A stretch of DNA of 64,000 bases from Variovorax sp. (lineage in GTDB: Bacteria > Pseudomonadota > Gammaproteobacteria > Burkholderiales > Burkholderiaceae_C). This document shows positions 21,210 through 30,509 of the stretch, one piece after another. A program made the position numbers and the translations under genes. Each line of letters starts with the position of its first letter. Within the stretch, counting starts at the first letter, position 1. The stretch spans positions 4,263-68,262 of the forward strand of contig JANNED010000174.1 in NCBI GenBank assembly GCA_031388245.1, written 5' to 3'. The notes beneath the pieces are model-generated. The model was not told the origin of the DNA, ran no database searches, and was given only the letters and a program-made list of their open reading frames with translations.

Positions 21210-22703
21210 ATGTCTTGGATCGCCCGCCTTCGTCCGTTGCTCATGTGCAGCGCTGTTGTATTCACTGGCTTGGCCACGGCGCAGCCCCTGCCCAAGGAGG
21301 TGTTGCAAGCGCTGGCGCGCGCTGGTGTGCCGCCTGCAGCCATCAGCATCCTGGTGCAGGCGCTGCCAGCGCCTGCCAAGCCGCTGGCAGCCGGCTCGCC
21401 AGAGACCAGCCAGCCGCCTGCTTTGCCCATGCCTGCCCCTGTGCTCAAGCATCGCGCGGATGCCAGCGTCAACCCAGCCTCGGTGATGAAACTGATCACC
21501 ACGTATGCCGCTTTGGATCAGCTTGGCGCTGATTTCACATGGAAAAACCGCGTTTATACCGACGGCACGCTCGACAACGGCATCTTGCAGGGCAACCTGA
21601 TCTTGCGCGGCAGTGGCGATCCGAAGCTCGTGATGGAGCGCATTGATGCGCTCTTAAAGCAGGTGCTCTCCAAAGGCGTGCGCGAGGTGCGCGGCGATAT
21701 TTTGCTGGATCGGCGTGTGTTTGATGTGCCCGATGCCAACCCCGCCGATTTTGACGACGAGCCGCTGCGCCCCTACAACGCCGCGCCCGATGGCTTGCTG
21801 CTCAATTTCAAATCGCTGATTTTCACGTTTGCGCCCGATGCCACCGGCCAGCGCGCCGTGCTGCGCAGCGAGCCGCCGATGGCTCGGGTGGAGATTCCAG
21901 CGGAAATCACGGCCTCTTATGGCGTATGCGGCGATTGGCGCAGCGGCTTGCAGGCTGATTTCTCCAGCGCAGACCGCGTGGCCTTCTCAGGCCGCTATCC
22001 ATTGGCCTGCGGCGAACGGATTTGGCCGGTGGCCTATGTGGCGCCACGCCAATATGCGGCCCGTGTGGTGGAGGCCATGTGGCGCAACGCGGGCGGGCTG
22101 CTTTCAGGTGTGGTGCGCACAGAAGCCCTGCCGCGCACCGCGCGGCTGCTCGTCACGGCAGATTCCCTGCCGCTTGCAGAGATCATTGCCGACATCAACA
22201 AATTCTCCAACAACGTGATGGCGCAGCAAGTTTTCCTCACGCTGTCTTCGCAGCTGCCCAGCCCGGGCCGAACTGGCAGCTTCGCCGCCTCGCAACGCAA
22301 CATCGCCGATTGGTGGAAAAACCGCCTCCCCCATGCCGCTGCGCCGGTTTTGGACAACGGCTCGGGCCTCTCGCGCAAAGAACGCGCCAGCGCCGCTGCG
22401 TTGAATGCCTTGCTCCAGCATGCAGCGGCAAGCCCTAATGCGCAAGTGTTCGCTAACTCCCTAGGAATCGCTGGCATTGACGGCACGGTCGCTCGGATGC
22501 GCGAGCGCAATGCCGCCTCTGTGGCAATCGGCCAAGCTCAGCTCAAAACCGGCACGTTAAAAGACGTGGCCGCTGTGGCCGGCTATGCCAACGCCCTGAA
22601 CGGCCAGCGCTACAGCTTGGTGGCCATCATCAACCATCCGAATGCTGGCGCAGCACGCCCCGCACTGGATGCGCTGGTGGAATGGGCGGTGAAGCAGCGC
22701 TGA
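21210..22703 (+). CDS. dacB: D-Ala-D-Ala carboxypeptidase/endopeptidase PBP4
   Basis: PASVMK (SxxK), KFSNN (SxN), LKTGTL (KTG), DNGSGLSR; signal peptide. Confidence 0.95.
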   Translation: MSWIARLRPLLMCSAVVFTGLATAQPLPKEVLQALARAGVPPAAISILVQALPAPAKPLAAGSPETSQPPALPMPAPVLKHRADASVNPASVMKLITTYAALDQLGADFTWKNRVYTDGTLDNGILQGNLILRGSGDPKLVMERIDALLKQVLSKGVREVRGDILLDRRVFDVPDANPADFDDEPLRPYNAAPDGLLLNFKSLIFTFAPDATGQRAVLRSEPPMARVEIPAEITASYGVCGDWRSGLQADFSSADRVAFSGRYPLACGERIWPVAYVAPRQYAARVVEAMWRNAGGLLSGVVRTEALPRTARLLVTADSLPLAEIIADINKFSNNVMAQQVFLTLSSQLPSPGRTGSFAASQRNIADWWKNRLPHAAAPVLDNGSGLSRKERASAAALNALLQHAAASPNAQVFANSLGIAGIDGTVARMRERNAASVAIGQAQLKTGTLKDVAAVAGYANALNGQRYSLVAIINHPNAGAARPALDALVEWAVKQR

Positions 22704-22742
22704 AGTGTTTTTCAACCCAGTTCACAGCCATTCTGGCAGTTT

Positions 22743-22783
22743 GCCAGCATACTGCAACAATAGTATGCTCTTTATTTCATAGC
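22743..22783 (-). repeat. 41-bp bipartite motif, copy 3 (ends 7 nt before SemiSWEET start)
   Basis: Reverse complement GCTAT-GAAATAA-AGAGC-ATACTATTGTTGCAGTAT-GCTGGC. Confidence 0.75.
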
Positions 22784-22790
22784 AAATACC

Positions 22791-23048
22791 ATGTCTTTAC
22801 CTGACCTCATTGGCACCATCGCCGCTTTTTTCACCACCTTCAGCTTCATTCCACAAGCTCTGAAAACCTTTCGCACCAAGGATGTGAGCGGCATTTCGCT
22901 CAGCATGTATGGCTGCTTCACCGCTGGCGTGGCGCTCTGGCTGGTCTATGGCATCTTGATGATGGCCTGGCCCATCATCGTCGCCAACGCCATCACCCTG
23001 AGCCTGGCGCTGAGTATTTTCTGCATGAAGCTCACCTACCGCTCTTGA
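22791..23048 (+). CDS. SemiSWEET (PQ-loop) transporter
   Basis: 85 aa, 3 TMs, TTFSFIPQ, GIS, WLVYG, PIIVAN. Confidence 0.9.
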   Translation: MSLPDLIGTIAAFFTTFSFIPQALKTFRTKDVSGISLSMYGCFTAGVALWLVYGILMMAWPIIVANAITLSLALSIFCMKLTYRS

Positions 23049-23106
23049 AACTTCAGCGGCTTTTTCGGCGGCTGCATTGGAGTGGTTTTTCTAAGACGTC
23101 TCAGTG

Positions 23107-23132
23107 ATAACCCCCTGATTATTTGGGGTTAT
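23107..23132. promoter_or_regulatory. Inverted repeat upstream of GDSL lipase-ompW
   Basis: ATAACCCC-N10-GGGGTTAT perfect 8-bp arms. Confidence 0.5.
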
Positions 23133-23202
23133 TGAGCGTACGATCATGCTCTTAAATAGAACGACCGTTCTTTTTTCAACAAACAAATTGCTAGGAGCAG
23201 AT

Positions 23203-24381
23203 ATGAAGCGGATCAAATGGGTACTAGGCGCTGGCATGGCAGCATTTTTGTTGGCAAGTTGTGGTGGGGGCGGTGGCGAGAAGACCGGCAACCCAGTTGG
23301 ATTGACATCTTTAGTGTCGTTTGGCGACAGTTTGAGTGATGTTGGTACACATGCTGTGGGCAGCGTCGCACTACTAGGTGGGGGACGCTACACCATCAAT
23401 TCTGGTAGCCAAACTGCGCCAAGCAAAATCTGGTTAGATTTGATATCTGCACAACTATCATTGCCCGCGCCTTGCGCGGCTGTGAAAGGCTTGACATCTC
23501 GCGCACCTTTTGGCGCACCTGTGGCTCGCACAACACAAGTAGGCTGCACCAATTACGCCCAAGGCGGTTCTCGCGTTATCAACCCAATTGGGCCAGCCAA
23601 CTCTGCACTTCCTGATGCAGCAGGTGGAGCTGTTGGTCAGCTCACAGAGCCTCTAACCACACAAATCAGCAACTATCTCGCCGCCAACGGCAATGCTTTC
23701 GGCCCCAAAACACTGGTGACCATCCTTGCCGGCGGCAATGATGTTTTCTTTAACGGAAACGGTGTGTCAGCTGCTGCGGGTGGTGGCATGGGTGCGGTAG
23801 GTGCGGGTTTGTTTGCTGGCTGGACGAATGGTGAAGATGCGCTCGCTGCAACGCTTGCCGCTGGCGGCACAACAGCCACGAATGCCGCGATTGCTCAAGC
23901 AATCACGACAATGTCACAGGCCGGCACGACCCTTGCCAATCAAATCAAAACGGAAATTGTTGGCAAAGGCGCTAAGTACGTGTTGGTCATGAATTTGCCA
24001 GATGTGGCATCTTCGCCATACGGTGTAGAAAATCCAACAGCTGTGCCATTGGTTAACCAAATGGTTCAGGCATTCAATGCATCGCTCACAGCTGGCTTAA
24101 GCGGTGTGAGCGGCGTGGTCATTGGCGATACTTACACAACAAGTCGTGAACAATTTACCAACCCCGGCGCTTTTGCAGCAAGCAATTCCAGAAATCGTGC
24201 CTGCAAACGCGCTCCTGATAATGTGCTCGATGGTGCTTCTCTCGTTTGCAACTCAACCAATGTCATTGCCGGCGATGTGTCTAAATATCTCTTTGCCGAC
24301 GATGTCCATCCTACGCCCTACGGTCACCAATTGATTGCGCAGTTCGCGGCCAAAGTGCTCGCCACAGCTGGCTGGCTCTAA
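23203..24381 (+). CDS. SGNH/GDSL lipase-esterase lipoprotein
   Basis: Lipobox LASC, FGDSLSD, NYAQGG, GGND, DDVHP; AGGAG RBS. Confidence 0.9.
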   Translation: MKRIKWVLGAGMAAFLLASCGGGGGEKTGNPVGLTSLVSFGDSLSDVGTHAVGSVALLGGGRYTINSGSQTAPSKIWLDLISAQLSLPAPCAAVKGLTSRAPFGAPVARTTQVGCTNYAQGGSRVINPIGPANSALPDAAGGAVGQLTEPLTTQISNYLAANGNAFGPKTLVTILAGGNDVFFNGNGVSAAAGGGMGAVGAGLFAGWTNGEDALAATLAAGGTTATNAAIAQAITTMSQAGTTLANQIKTEIVGKGAKYVLVMNLPDVASSPYGVENPTAVPLVNQMVQAFNASLTAGLSGVSGVVIGDTYTTSREQFTNPGAFAASNSRNRACKRAPDNVLDGASLVCNSTNVIAGDVSKYLFADDVHPTPYGHQLIAQFAAKVLATAGWL

Positions 24382-24402
24382 GCACACCCTCAGGAGACTC
24401 AC

Positions 24403-25065
24403 ATGAACTTCAAACCCATCTTCCTCGCCCTGCTCGCCATGAGCGCTGCATCAGCCTTCGCTCAAAAAGCAGGCACTTGGTCTGCCTCCGTTGGCGTGAC
24501 GCAAATCTCGCCAGATGTCAACAGCGGCAATCTCTCTGCGCCCAGCTTGCCCGGCACAAAGATTGATGTGCAAGACAACACGCAGCTCACCGGTGCCGTG
24601 AACTATTCCCTGACCGACAACATCGTGATCCACCTGCCACTGGGCTTGGGCTTCAAACACAATGTCGTGGGTGCAGGTGCGATTGCCGGCGTGGGCACGA
24701 TTGCCACCACCAAGGCGCTGCCCATCACCTTGATCGGCCAATATCGCTTCATGGAGGCCAATGCCCAGCTGCGCCCTTACGTCGGTGCGGGTCTGAGCTA
24801 TGTGAAGTTTTACAAGACGCATGGCACAGCGGTGCTGACTGCCATCACCAATCCTGGCGGCCCGGCCACCACAGCGGGATTTGATTCGAAGTTTGCACCC
24901 ACCGTGCAACTGGGCGCCAGCTACAACATCAATGAAAAATGGTATCTCGATGCCAGCTACACCAAGACTTTCCTCAAGACCACAGGCACGTTGTCCACTG
25001 GCCAGACGCTGAATGCCAAGCTCGATCCAAGTGGCCTGACCTTGCAAGTCGGCTACAAATTCTGA
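24403..25065 (+). CDS. OmpW/AlkL family outer membrane protein
   Basis: Signal peptide, LRPYVGAG, C-terminal VGYKF. Confidence 0.9.
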   Translation: MNFKPIFLALLAMSAASAFAQKAGTWSASVGVTQISPDVNSGNLSAPSLPGTKIDVQDNTQLTGAVNYSLTDNIVIHLPLGLGFKHNVVGAGAIAGVGTIATTKALPITLIGQYRFMEANAQLRPYVGAGLSYVKFYKTHGTAVLTAITNPGGPATTAGFDSKFAPTVQLGASYNINEKWYLDASYTKTFLKTTGTLSTGQTLNAKLDPSGLTLQVGYKF

Positions 25066-25082
25066 TTCAAGATCGCCGATCT

Positions 25083-25114
25083 AAGCCGCTCTCACCCCGA
25101 GAGCGGCTTTTTTT
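25083..25114 (+). terminator. Rho-independent terminator
   Basis: AAGCCGCTCTC-ACCCC-GAGAGCGGCTT then T-run. Confidence 0.85.
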
Positions 25115-25131
25115 ATGGTTTTGACGGTTTT

Positions 25132-25172
25132 GCCGGCATTGAATATATATAGTATGCTATGCTATTCATAGC
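25132..25172 (-). repeat. 41-bp bipartite motif, copy 4 (between convergent ompW and peroxidase)
   Basis: Reverse complement GCTAT-GAATAGC-ATAGC-ATACTATATATATTCAAT-GCCGGC. Confidence 0.85.
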
Positions 25173-25185
25173 GCATTTGTTTGCA

Positions 25186-25677
25186 TCAAACCAGCGCAGC
25201 CTCAATATCTTTGGCCAAGCTTTGCGGCGTATCTTGCGGCGCATAGCGCTTGATCACTTGGCCATCTGCGCCCACCAGAAATTTGGTGAAATTCCACTTG
25301 ATGGCTTTGCTGCCCAACAGCCCCGGCGCTTGGCTTGAGAGCCACTGGTAAAGCGGCGAGGCCTCAGCGCCATTGACCGCCACTTTGCCCATGAGGGGGA
25401 AGCTCACCCCAAAATTGAGCTCGCAAAACGAGGCGATCTCCTCATTGCTGCCAGATTCTTGCGCACCAAACTGATTGCAGGGAAAACCCAACACCACCAA
25501 ACCCCGGCTGGCATAAGCTTCGTGCAGCGCTTGCAAGCCTTTGTATTGCGGCGTGAAGCCGCAGCCGCTGGCGGTATTGACGATCAGCAAAGGCTGGCCG
25601 GTGTATTGCTTCAAAGCAAGCTTTTTGCCATGGATATCTAGCGCATGGAAGTCGTAAGCGGTGGTCTGAGATGACAT
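25186..25677 (-). CDS. Glutathione peroxidase family protein (Cys type)
   Basis: VNTASGCGFTPQY, GFPCNQFGAQE, IKWNFTKFL. Confidence 0.95.
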   Translation of the reverse strand: MSSQTTAYDFHALDIHGKKLALKQYTGQPLLIVNTASGCGFTPQYKGLQALHEAYASRGLVVLGFPCNQFGAQESGSNEEIASFCELNFGVSFPLMGKVAVNGAEASPLYQWLSSQAPGLLGSKAIKWNFTKFLVGADGQVIKRYAPQDTPQSLAKDIEAALV

Positions 25678-25920
25678 GATGTTCCTTGGGATGAAAGCAA
25701 ACGCCGCAAAGGGTTTGCGTCAGGTGTATTGTGGCGAAGAACGCATCGCGCTGTGCAAACTGGCCGCTTTGCAGCATCCATGTCTAGGCAAAAGCGAAGG
25801 GGCTCTATAGAATGCATTCAAACTAAATAACTACTTTTTGATACAAGCCATGATTTATTCGGATTATTCTGCGCAGATGAGCGTATGCCTGCGATTCAGA
25901 CTTGTGCCTAGAAACCCATC

Positions 25921-27015
25921 ATGACCCAACCCCACAAAATCACTTTGATCGGCTTCTCTTCGTTTGAGAAGGTCACGTTTGAATCTTTCTTTCGTTTGGC
26001 TGCGCGTCGCCCGCCAGGCTATGCCTTGGTTGACGATGCCGCGCAGGCTGATTTGGCTGTGGTCAATTCAGACGATGCGGCCGTTTTACGCCAATGCTTG
26101 GCTGGCAAACCAGCGCGACAAGTGCTGCTGATTGGCAGCCAAGACGGCGGCACGGGCTGGACGCTGCAGCGCCGCCCTTTGAATTTGATGAAGGTGCTGG
26201 CCACGGTAGAAAGCCTGCTTGCCCCGCCAAGCGCCACTGTGCCGGCTGCGCTCACAGCACTGCGCTCTGCATCTTCAGAAAATCCTTTGCTGCAGCGCCC
26301 GGCTGGCGAACAAGCCGCGCTCAAGCCAAGCACCCAAGCCACGCTGGCTCCATCGCACATCGCAGCCCGCTCTGCGCCGCAAACGCAGCCTGCTGCACCA
26401 GCCTTGGCCGGCTCACGCCTGCCGGCATCGCATCCTGAAGTCGATGCCACCATGCGCCGCTCCGTGCGCACAGGCGCAGGCTCCAAGCCAGATTTTTCTG
26501 CCTCGCGCGGTGGCGATCAATTCACCGCTTTTGGCTCCTCCGTGAACGCCAAAGCCGCCGACAGTGACCTGAATGTGGATCACATTTTGGTGGTAGACGA
26601 CAGCGATATCGCCCTCAAATTCATGCGCAACCGCCTCTCGCGCTTTGGCTTCATGGCAGATTTGGTCAATTCTGGCGAAGAAGCACTGGGCAAGATGAAC
26701 ACCAAGCCGTATAAATTTGTCTTTTTGGATGTGATGATGGAAGGCTTAGATGGCTACCAGACTTGCCGCGCCATCAAGCAGCGCAAATACTCGGATGGCA
26801 AGCCGCCCGTGGTGGTGATGCTCACCAGCCGTGGCGGCACGATTGATAAAATCCGTGGCACATTAGCTGGCTGTGATGCTTATTTGACCAAACCGCTCAA
26901 TGAGCGAGATTTGATTGCCGTGCTGGCCAAACACGACCGCACCGTGGCTCGCAGCTTCCAAGAAACCAATTTCGGCAGCAACAGCGGCTCTGGATTTGCA
27001 CGGTCAACCAAATAA
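25921..27015 (+). CDS. Response regulator: degenerate N-terminal receiver-like domain, Pro/Ala linker, C-terminal PilG-like receiver
   Basis: VVDDS, FLDVMMEGLDGYQTC, MLTSRGGTIDKIRG, YLTKP. Confidence 0.85.
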   Translation: MTQPHKITLIGFSSFEKVTFESFFRLAARRPPGYALVDDAAQADLAVVNSDDAAVLRQCLAGKPARQVLLIGSQDGGTGWTLQRRPLNLMKVLATVESLLAPPSATVPAALTALRSASSENPLLQRPAGEQAALKPSTQATLAPSHIAARSAPQTQPAAPALAGSRLPASHPEVDATMRRSVRTGAGSKPDFSASRGGDQFTAFGSSVNAKAADSDLNVDHILVVDDSDIALKFMRNRLSRFGFMADLVNSGEEALGKMNTKPYKFVFLDVMMEGLDGYQTCRAIKQRKYSDGKPPVVVMLTSRGGTIDKIRGTLAGCDAYLTKPLNERDLIAVLAKHDRTVARSFQETNFGSNSGSGFARSTK

Positions 27016-27062
27016 GCCTCTGAGCAAGATGCATGGCAGCACAAAATATGGAGCAAGAGAAT

Positions 27063-27413
27063 ATGATGAAAAAAGTGATGGTGGTGGATGACGCACCTGT
27101 TGATACACAGAATTTGCAGCGCATCTTTGCCGATGCGGGCTGGATGGTGATCACCGCGTCGTCTGGCGCAGAGGCCGTGAGCAAGGCCAAAGCGGAGGTG
27201 CCAGATTTGATCATGATGGATGTCAATATGCCCGGCTTGGATGGTTTTTCTGCCACGCGCCAGCTGATGCAAGATCCAACGACCAAGGGCATCCCGGTGG
27301 TGTTTGTGACCTCCAAAGACCAAAAGGCGGATCGCGTGTTTGCCCAGATGCTGGGTGCCAAAGGCTATGTCACCAAGCCCTACACCGCCGATCAAATTCT
27401 CGGCACGATTTGA
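27063..27413 (+). CDS. Single-domain response regulator, PilH-like
   Basis: VVDD, MMDVNMPGLDGFSATR, TSKDQKADRV, YVTKP. Confidence 0.9.
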   Translation: MMKKVMVVDDAPVDTQNLQRIFADAGWMVITASSGAEAVSKAKAEVPDLIMMDVNMPGLDGFSATRQLMQDPTTKGIPVVFVTSKDQKADRVFAQMLGAKGYVTKPYTADQILGTI

Positions 27414-27459
27414 GCCATTCTTTGGCGATCGTTTCTTCCACTTTTAACCTCTTGCACTT

Positions 27460-27927
27460 TTGAAACTGGCACAAGGCATCCTCTGCGGCTCATGGGCATT
27501 GGCCTTCCCATTTGACTGGGCCTGCCAAATCGTGGATACCTTTGAGCTCAGCCCCATTCCCAAAGCGCCCCCCTGGCTGCTGGGCGGCACCAATGTGGAT
27601 GGCAATATTTTGCCCGTGGTGGATTTGAGCGTGTATCTGGGCCTGAGCACAGCTTCTGGCCTGCGCCAGCAGCGTTTGTTGATCGGCGGTTTATCTGCTG
27701 CGCAAAGCTCGGCAGACACCACAGGCGATGCCATCGCGATTGCTTTTGAAGGCTTGCCCCAGCAATTGGGCTACGAAACACGCGAACTCACCTACGCCGG
27801 CGTGCTGCCTCATAAGCTGCGCGAGCTGTGTACTGGCTTGGGCAACAATGCCGCCGGCCATGAGTTTCTTGAAATCGACGCCAAGCGATTGCACGCCGCC
27901 CTGAGCGACGAATTGGCGCAAGCATAA
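27460..27927 (+). CDS. CheW/PilI-like coupling protein
   Basis: PIPKAPPWLLGGTNVDGNILPVVDL; TTG start. Confidence 0.8.
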   Translation: MKLAQGILCGSWALAFPFDWACQIVDTFELSPIPKAPPWLLGGTNVDGNILPVVDLSVYLGLSTASGLRQQRLLIGGLSAAQSSADTTGDAIAIAFEGLPQQLGYETRELTYAGVLPHKLRELCTGLGNNAAGHEFLEIDAKRLHAALSDELAQA

Positions 27928-27982
27928 AAATGCCCCTTTCACCCCAGACCACTGATCCCCTGATGGATTCGGAAAGCACTCT

Positions 27983-30478
27983 ATGAATATTCGGCAAAAA
28001 ATGCTGCTCGGCGCAGGCCTGTTGACCTTGATCCCCGTGCTGATCACCTCTGTTTTGCTCTCTCAAGGCGCCTCCAGCTTGGCCGATGCGGCGCTGGAGC
28101 AACGCACGCAAGCGCAGCTCAATTCTTTGCGAGACACCAAGCGCCAGCAGGTGATCGATGAGATCAATGGCCGCGTGCGAGCTTTGCAAAGCTTGGCCGC
28201 TCAACGCTCTAGCGTGGATGCCATGCGCAATCTGAAAACAGCTTTTTACGCATCCGCCAAAGAAACCGGGCAATCCCAAGAGGCCGCCGCCGCCGCATTG
28301 AACAAATACGCGCAAGAACAGTTTGCGCCTGAATACAACAAGCGCAATGCCGGCACATCACCTGATTTGTCGAAATTCGTGGCGGCGTTGGAAGCCAATG
28401 GCGCAGCGTTACAAACAGAATTCATCGTGCGCAACCCCAATCCGCTGGGCCAGAAAGAGCGCATGACGAAGCCTGAAGGTAATTTTGCCTATGCCCAAGC
28501 GCACAGCCAATTCCACCCCGGCCTCGAGCGGGCGCAAAAGCTCTTTGATTTCTACGACATCTTTTTGATCGATACAGAAACGGACACCGTGGTCTACACC
28601 GTGTTCAAGGAATTGGATTTTGGCAGCTCGCTGACCAAAGGGATTGCAGCGGGCACCAAGCTGGCCGAGGCTTACAACAAGGTCAAGCAATCGCCCAATC
28701 GCGACACCGCCTATCTTTCAGATTTTTCGCCCTATTTGGCCTCCTATGACGATTTGGCCGCGTTTGCAGCCGTGCCGATTTTTGAGGGCGACAGGCAAAT
28801 TGGTGTGATGGCCATGCAATACCCCATTGACAAGATCTCCGAGGTGATGAGCTCCAACAAATCTTGGGAAAAGATTGGCTTGGGCAAGACGGGTGATATG
28901 TTTTTGGTGGGCCCCGATCAGTTGATGCGCACCAATGCACGCTATTTGCAAGAAAACAAGCAAGCTTTTGCAGATTTGCTGGGCAGCAAACTCTCGGCGA
29001 ATGCGAAATCCACCATGCTGAAGAAAGAATCCACGGTGGGCTTGGTGACCATCGATTCAGATGCAACGCGCCCTGCTTTGGCGGGCCAAGATGGTTTTGT
29101 AGATTTTGTGGATTACCGTGGCATCAAATCGGCGGGCTCTTATGGGGCATTGAAAGTTCAGGGCTTGAATTGGGCTCTGGTGGCGAAAATTGACGAGGCA
29201 GAAGCCGATGAGGCGGTGAACCAACTCAATCGCCAAGCGCTGATCCGCGCTGTGCTGATTGGCTTGGCCGTGGTGGTGATCGCTGGCCTTGCCGTGTCGC
29301 TGTTTTTGAGCCGCTTCTTGAGGCCGATTCAAATCCTCTCCGACACGGTGCAAAAAGTCGCCGGGGGCGAGACATCCGCTCGCAGCCAGCTCACTGAAAA
29401 AGACGAGATTGGCGATTTAGGGCGCGCTTTTGACGGCTTGCTGGATGACCGCATCACTGCTTTGGAAAAAGCCGGCCAAGAAAACGAAACCCTCAACAAC
29501 TCCGTGATTGATTTGTTGCAGGCCGTGTTTCAGCTGTCCAACCGAGACTTGACCGCCCGCGCACCCGTGACCGAAGACATCATTGGCACGGTGGCCTCGT
29601 CGATCAACCAATTCTCGGACGAAACCAGCCGCACCTTGCTGGACGTGCAGAAAATTGCCAGCCAAGTGGCCATGACCTCCGAATCGGTGCGTGTGCAATC
29701 GGTGATGGTGGAAGAGACAGCCCGTGCCGAGCGCGAAGCCTTGGGTGCCATGTCTGACAATTTGAATCAAGCGACAGCACAGCTTGCGCAAGTGGCTGAT
29801 CTGTCGGAGCAATCCAACAAGGCCGCTGGCGTGGCCTCCGATGCCACGCAAAATGCGCTGGTGGCGGTGCAGGGCACCGTCAAAGGCATGGATCAATTGC
29901 GCGAATCCATCTCTGACATGGAAAAGCGCTTCAAGCGCTTGGGCGAGCGCTCACAAGAGATTTCTACCGCTGTGCAGCTGATCAACGCGATCTCGGAGCG
30001 CACGCACGTGCTGGCCTTGAACGCCTCCATGCAAGCGGCCACAGCGGGCGAGGCAGGCCGTGGCTTCGCTGTGGTGGCCGAGGAGGTGCAGCGCCTGTCT
30101 GACAGCTCACGCCAAGCCACTTCAACCATCTCTCAATTGGTGGGCAACATTCAGGCCGAGACGAATGAGACGCTGTTTACCGTGAACCGACTGATTGGCG
30201 ATGTGGTGCGCCAGACGGAGCTGGCACAGCGCGCCGGTGTGCAGATGAGTCAAACCCAAGAGACCACGCAGCAGCTGGTGAGCTTGGTGCGCCAGATTGC
30301 GCAGTTTTCTGAGGCGCAGGCCAAGCTGGCCGCTAATTTGCAGCAATCAGTGCTCGACATCAACGCTGGCACCGAGCAAACCTCCACCGCGATCGCCGAA
30401 CAAACGGCTTCCACGCAATCGCTGGCTGATTCATCACGCCAGCTGACGGCAGCGGTCGGTCAGTTCAAGTTGGCTTGA
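27983..30478 (+). CDS. Methyl-accepting chemoreceptor with large Cache-like periplasmic domain, HAMP and PilJ-type signalling domain
   Basis: 2 TMs, [48 protein letters not shown]. Confidence 0.9.
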   Translation: MNIRQKMLLGAGLLTLIPVLITSVLLSQGASSLADAALEQRTQAQLNSLRDTKRQQVIDEINGRVRALQSLAAQRSSVDAMRNLKTAFYASAKETGQSQEAAAAALNKYAQEQFAPEYNKRNAGTSPDLSKFVAALEANGAALQTEFIVRNPNPLGQKERMTKPEGNFAYAQAHSQFHPGLERAQKLFDFYDIFLIDTETDTVVYTVFKELDFGSSLTKGIAAGTKLAEAYNKVKQSPNRDTAYLSDFSPYLASYDDLAAFAAVPIFEGDRQIGVMAMQYPIDKISEVMSSNKSWEKIGLGKTGDMFLVGPDQLMRTNARYLQENKQAFADLLGSKLSANAKSTMLKKESTVGLVTIDSDATRPALAGQDGFVDFVDYRGIKSAGSYGALKVQGLNWALVAKIDEAEADEAVNQLNRQALIRAVLIGLAVVVIAGLAVSLFLSRFLRPIQILSDTVQKVAGGETSARSQLTEKDEIGDLGRAFDGLLDDRITALEKAGQENETLNNSVIDLLQAVFQLSNRDLTARAPVTEDIIGTVASSINQFSDETSRTLLDVQKIASQVAMTSESVRVQSVMVEETARAEREALGAMSDNLNQATAQLAQVADLSEQSNKAAGVASDATQNALVAVQGTVKGMDQLRESISDMEKRFKRLGERSQEISTAVQLINAISERTHVLALNASMQAATAGEAGRGFAVVAEEVQRLSDSSRQATSTISQLVGNIQAETNETLFTVNRLIGDVVRQTELAQRAGVQMSQTQETTQQLVSLVRQIAQFSEAQAKLAANLQQSVLDINAGTEQTSTAIAEQTASTQSLADSSRQLTAAVGQFKLA

Positions 30479-30509
30479 TCATGACAACGATGCGATCAGG
30501 CTCTGGCTC

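Noticed and set aside
25186-25677. Selenocysteine in the glutathione peroxidase
   Set aside because: Active-site codon is TGC (Cys) and there is no in-frame TGA
25678-25920. Possible sRNA or riboswitch in the peroxidase/response-regulator spacer
   Set aside because: Only a weak hairpin and promoter-like AT-rich DNA; no recognisable RNA family or terminator
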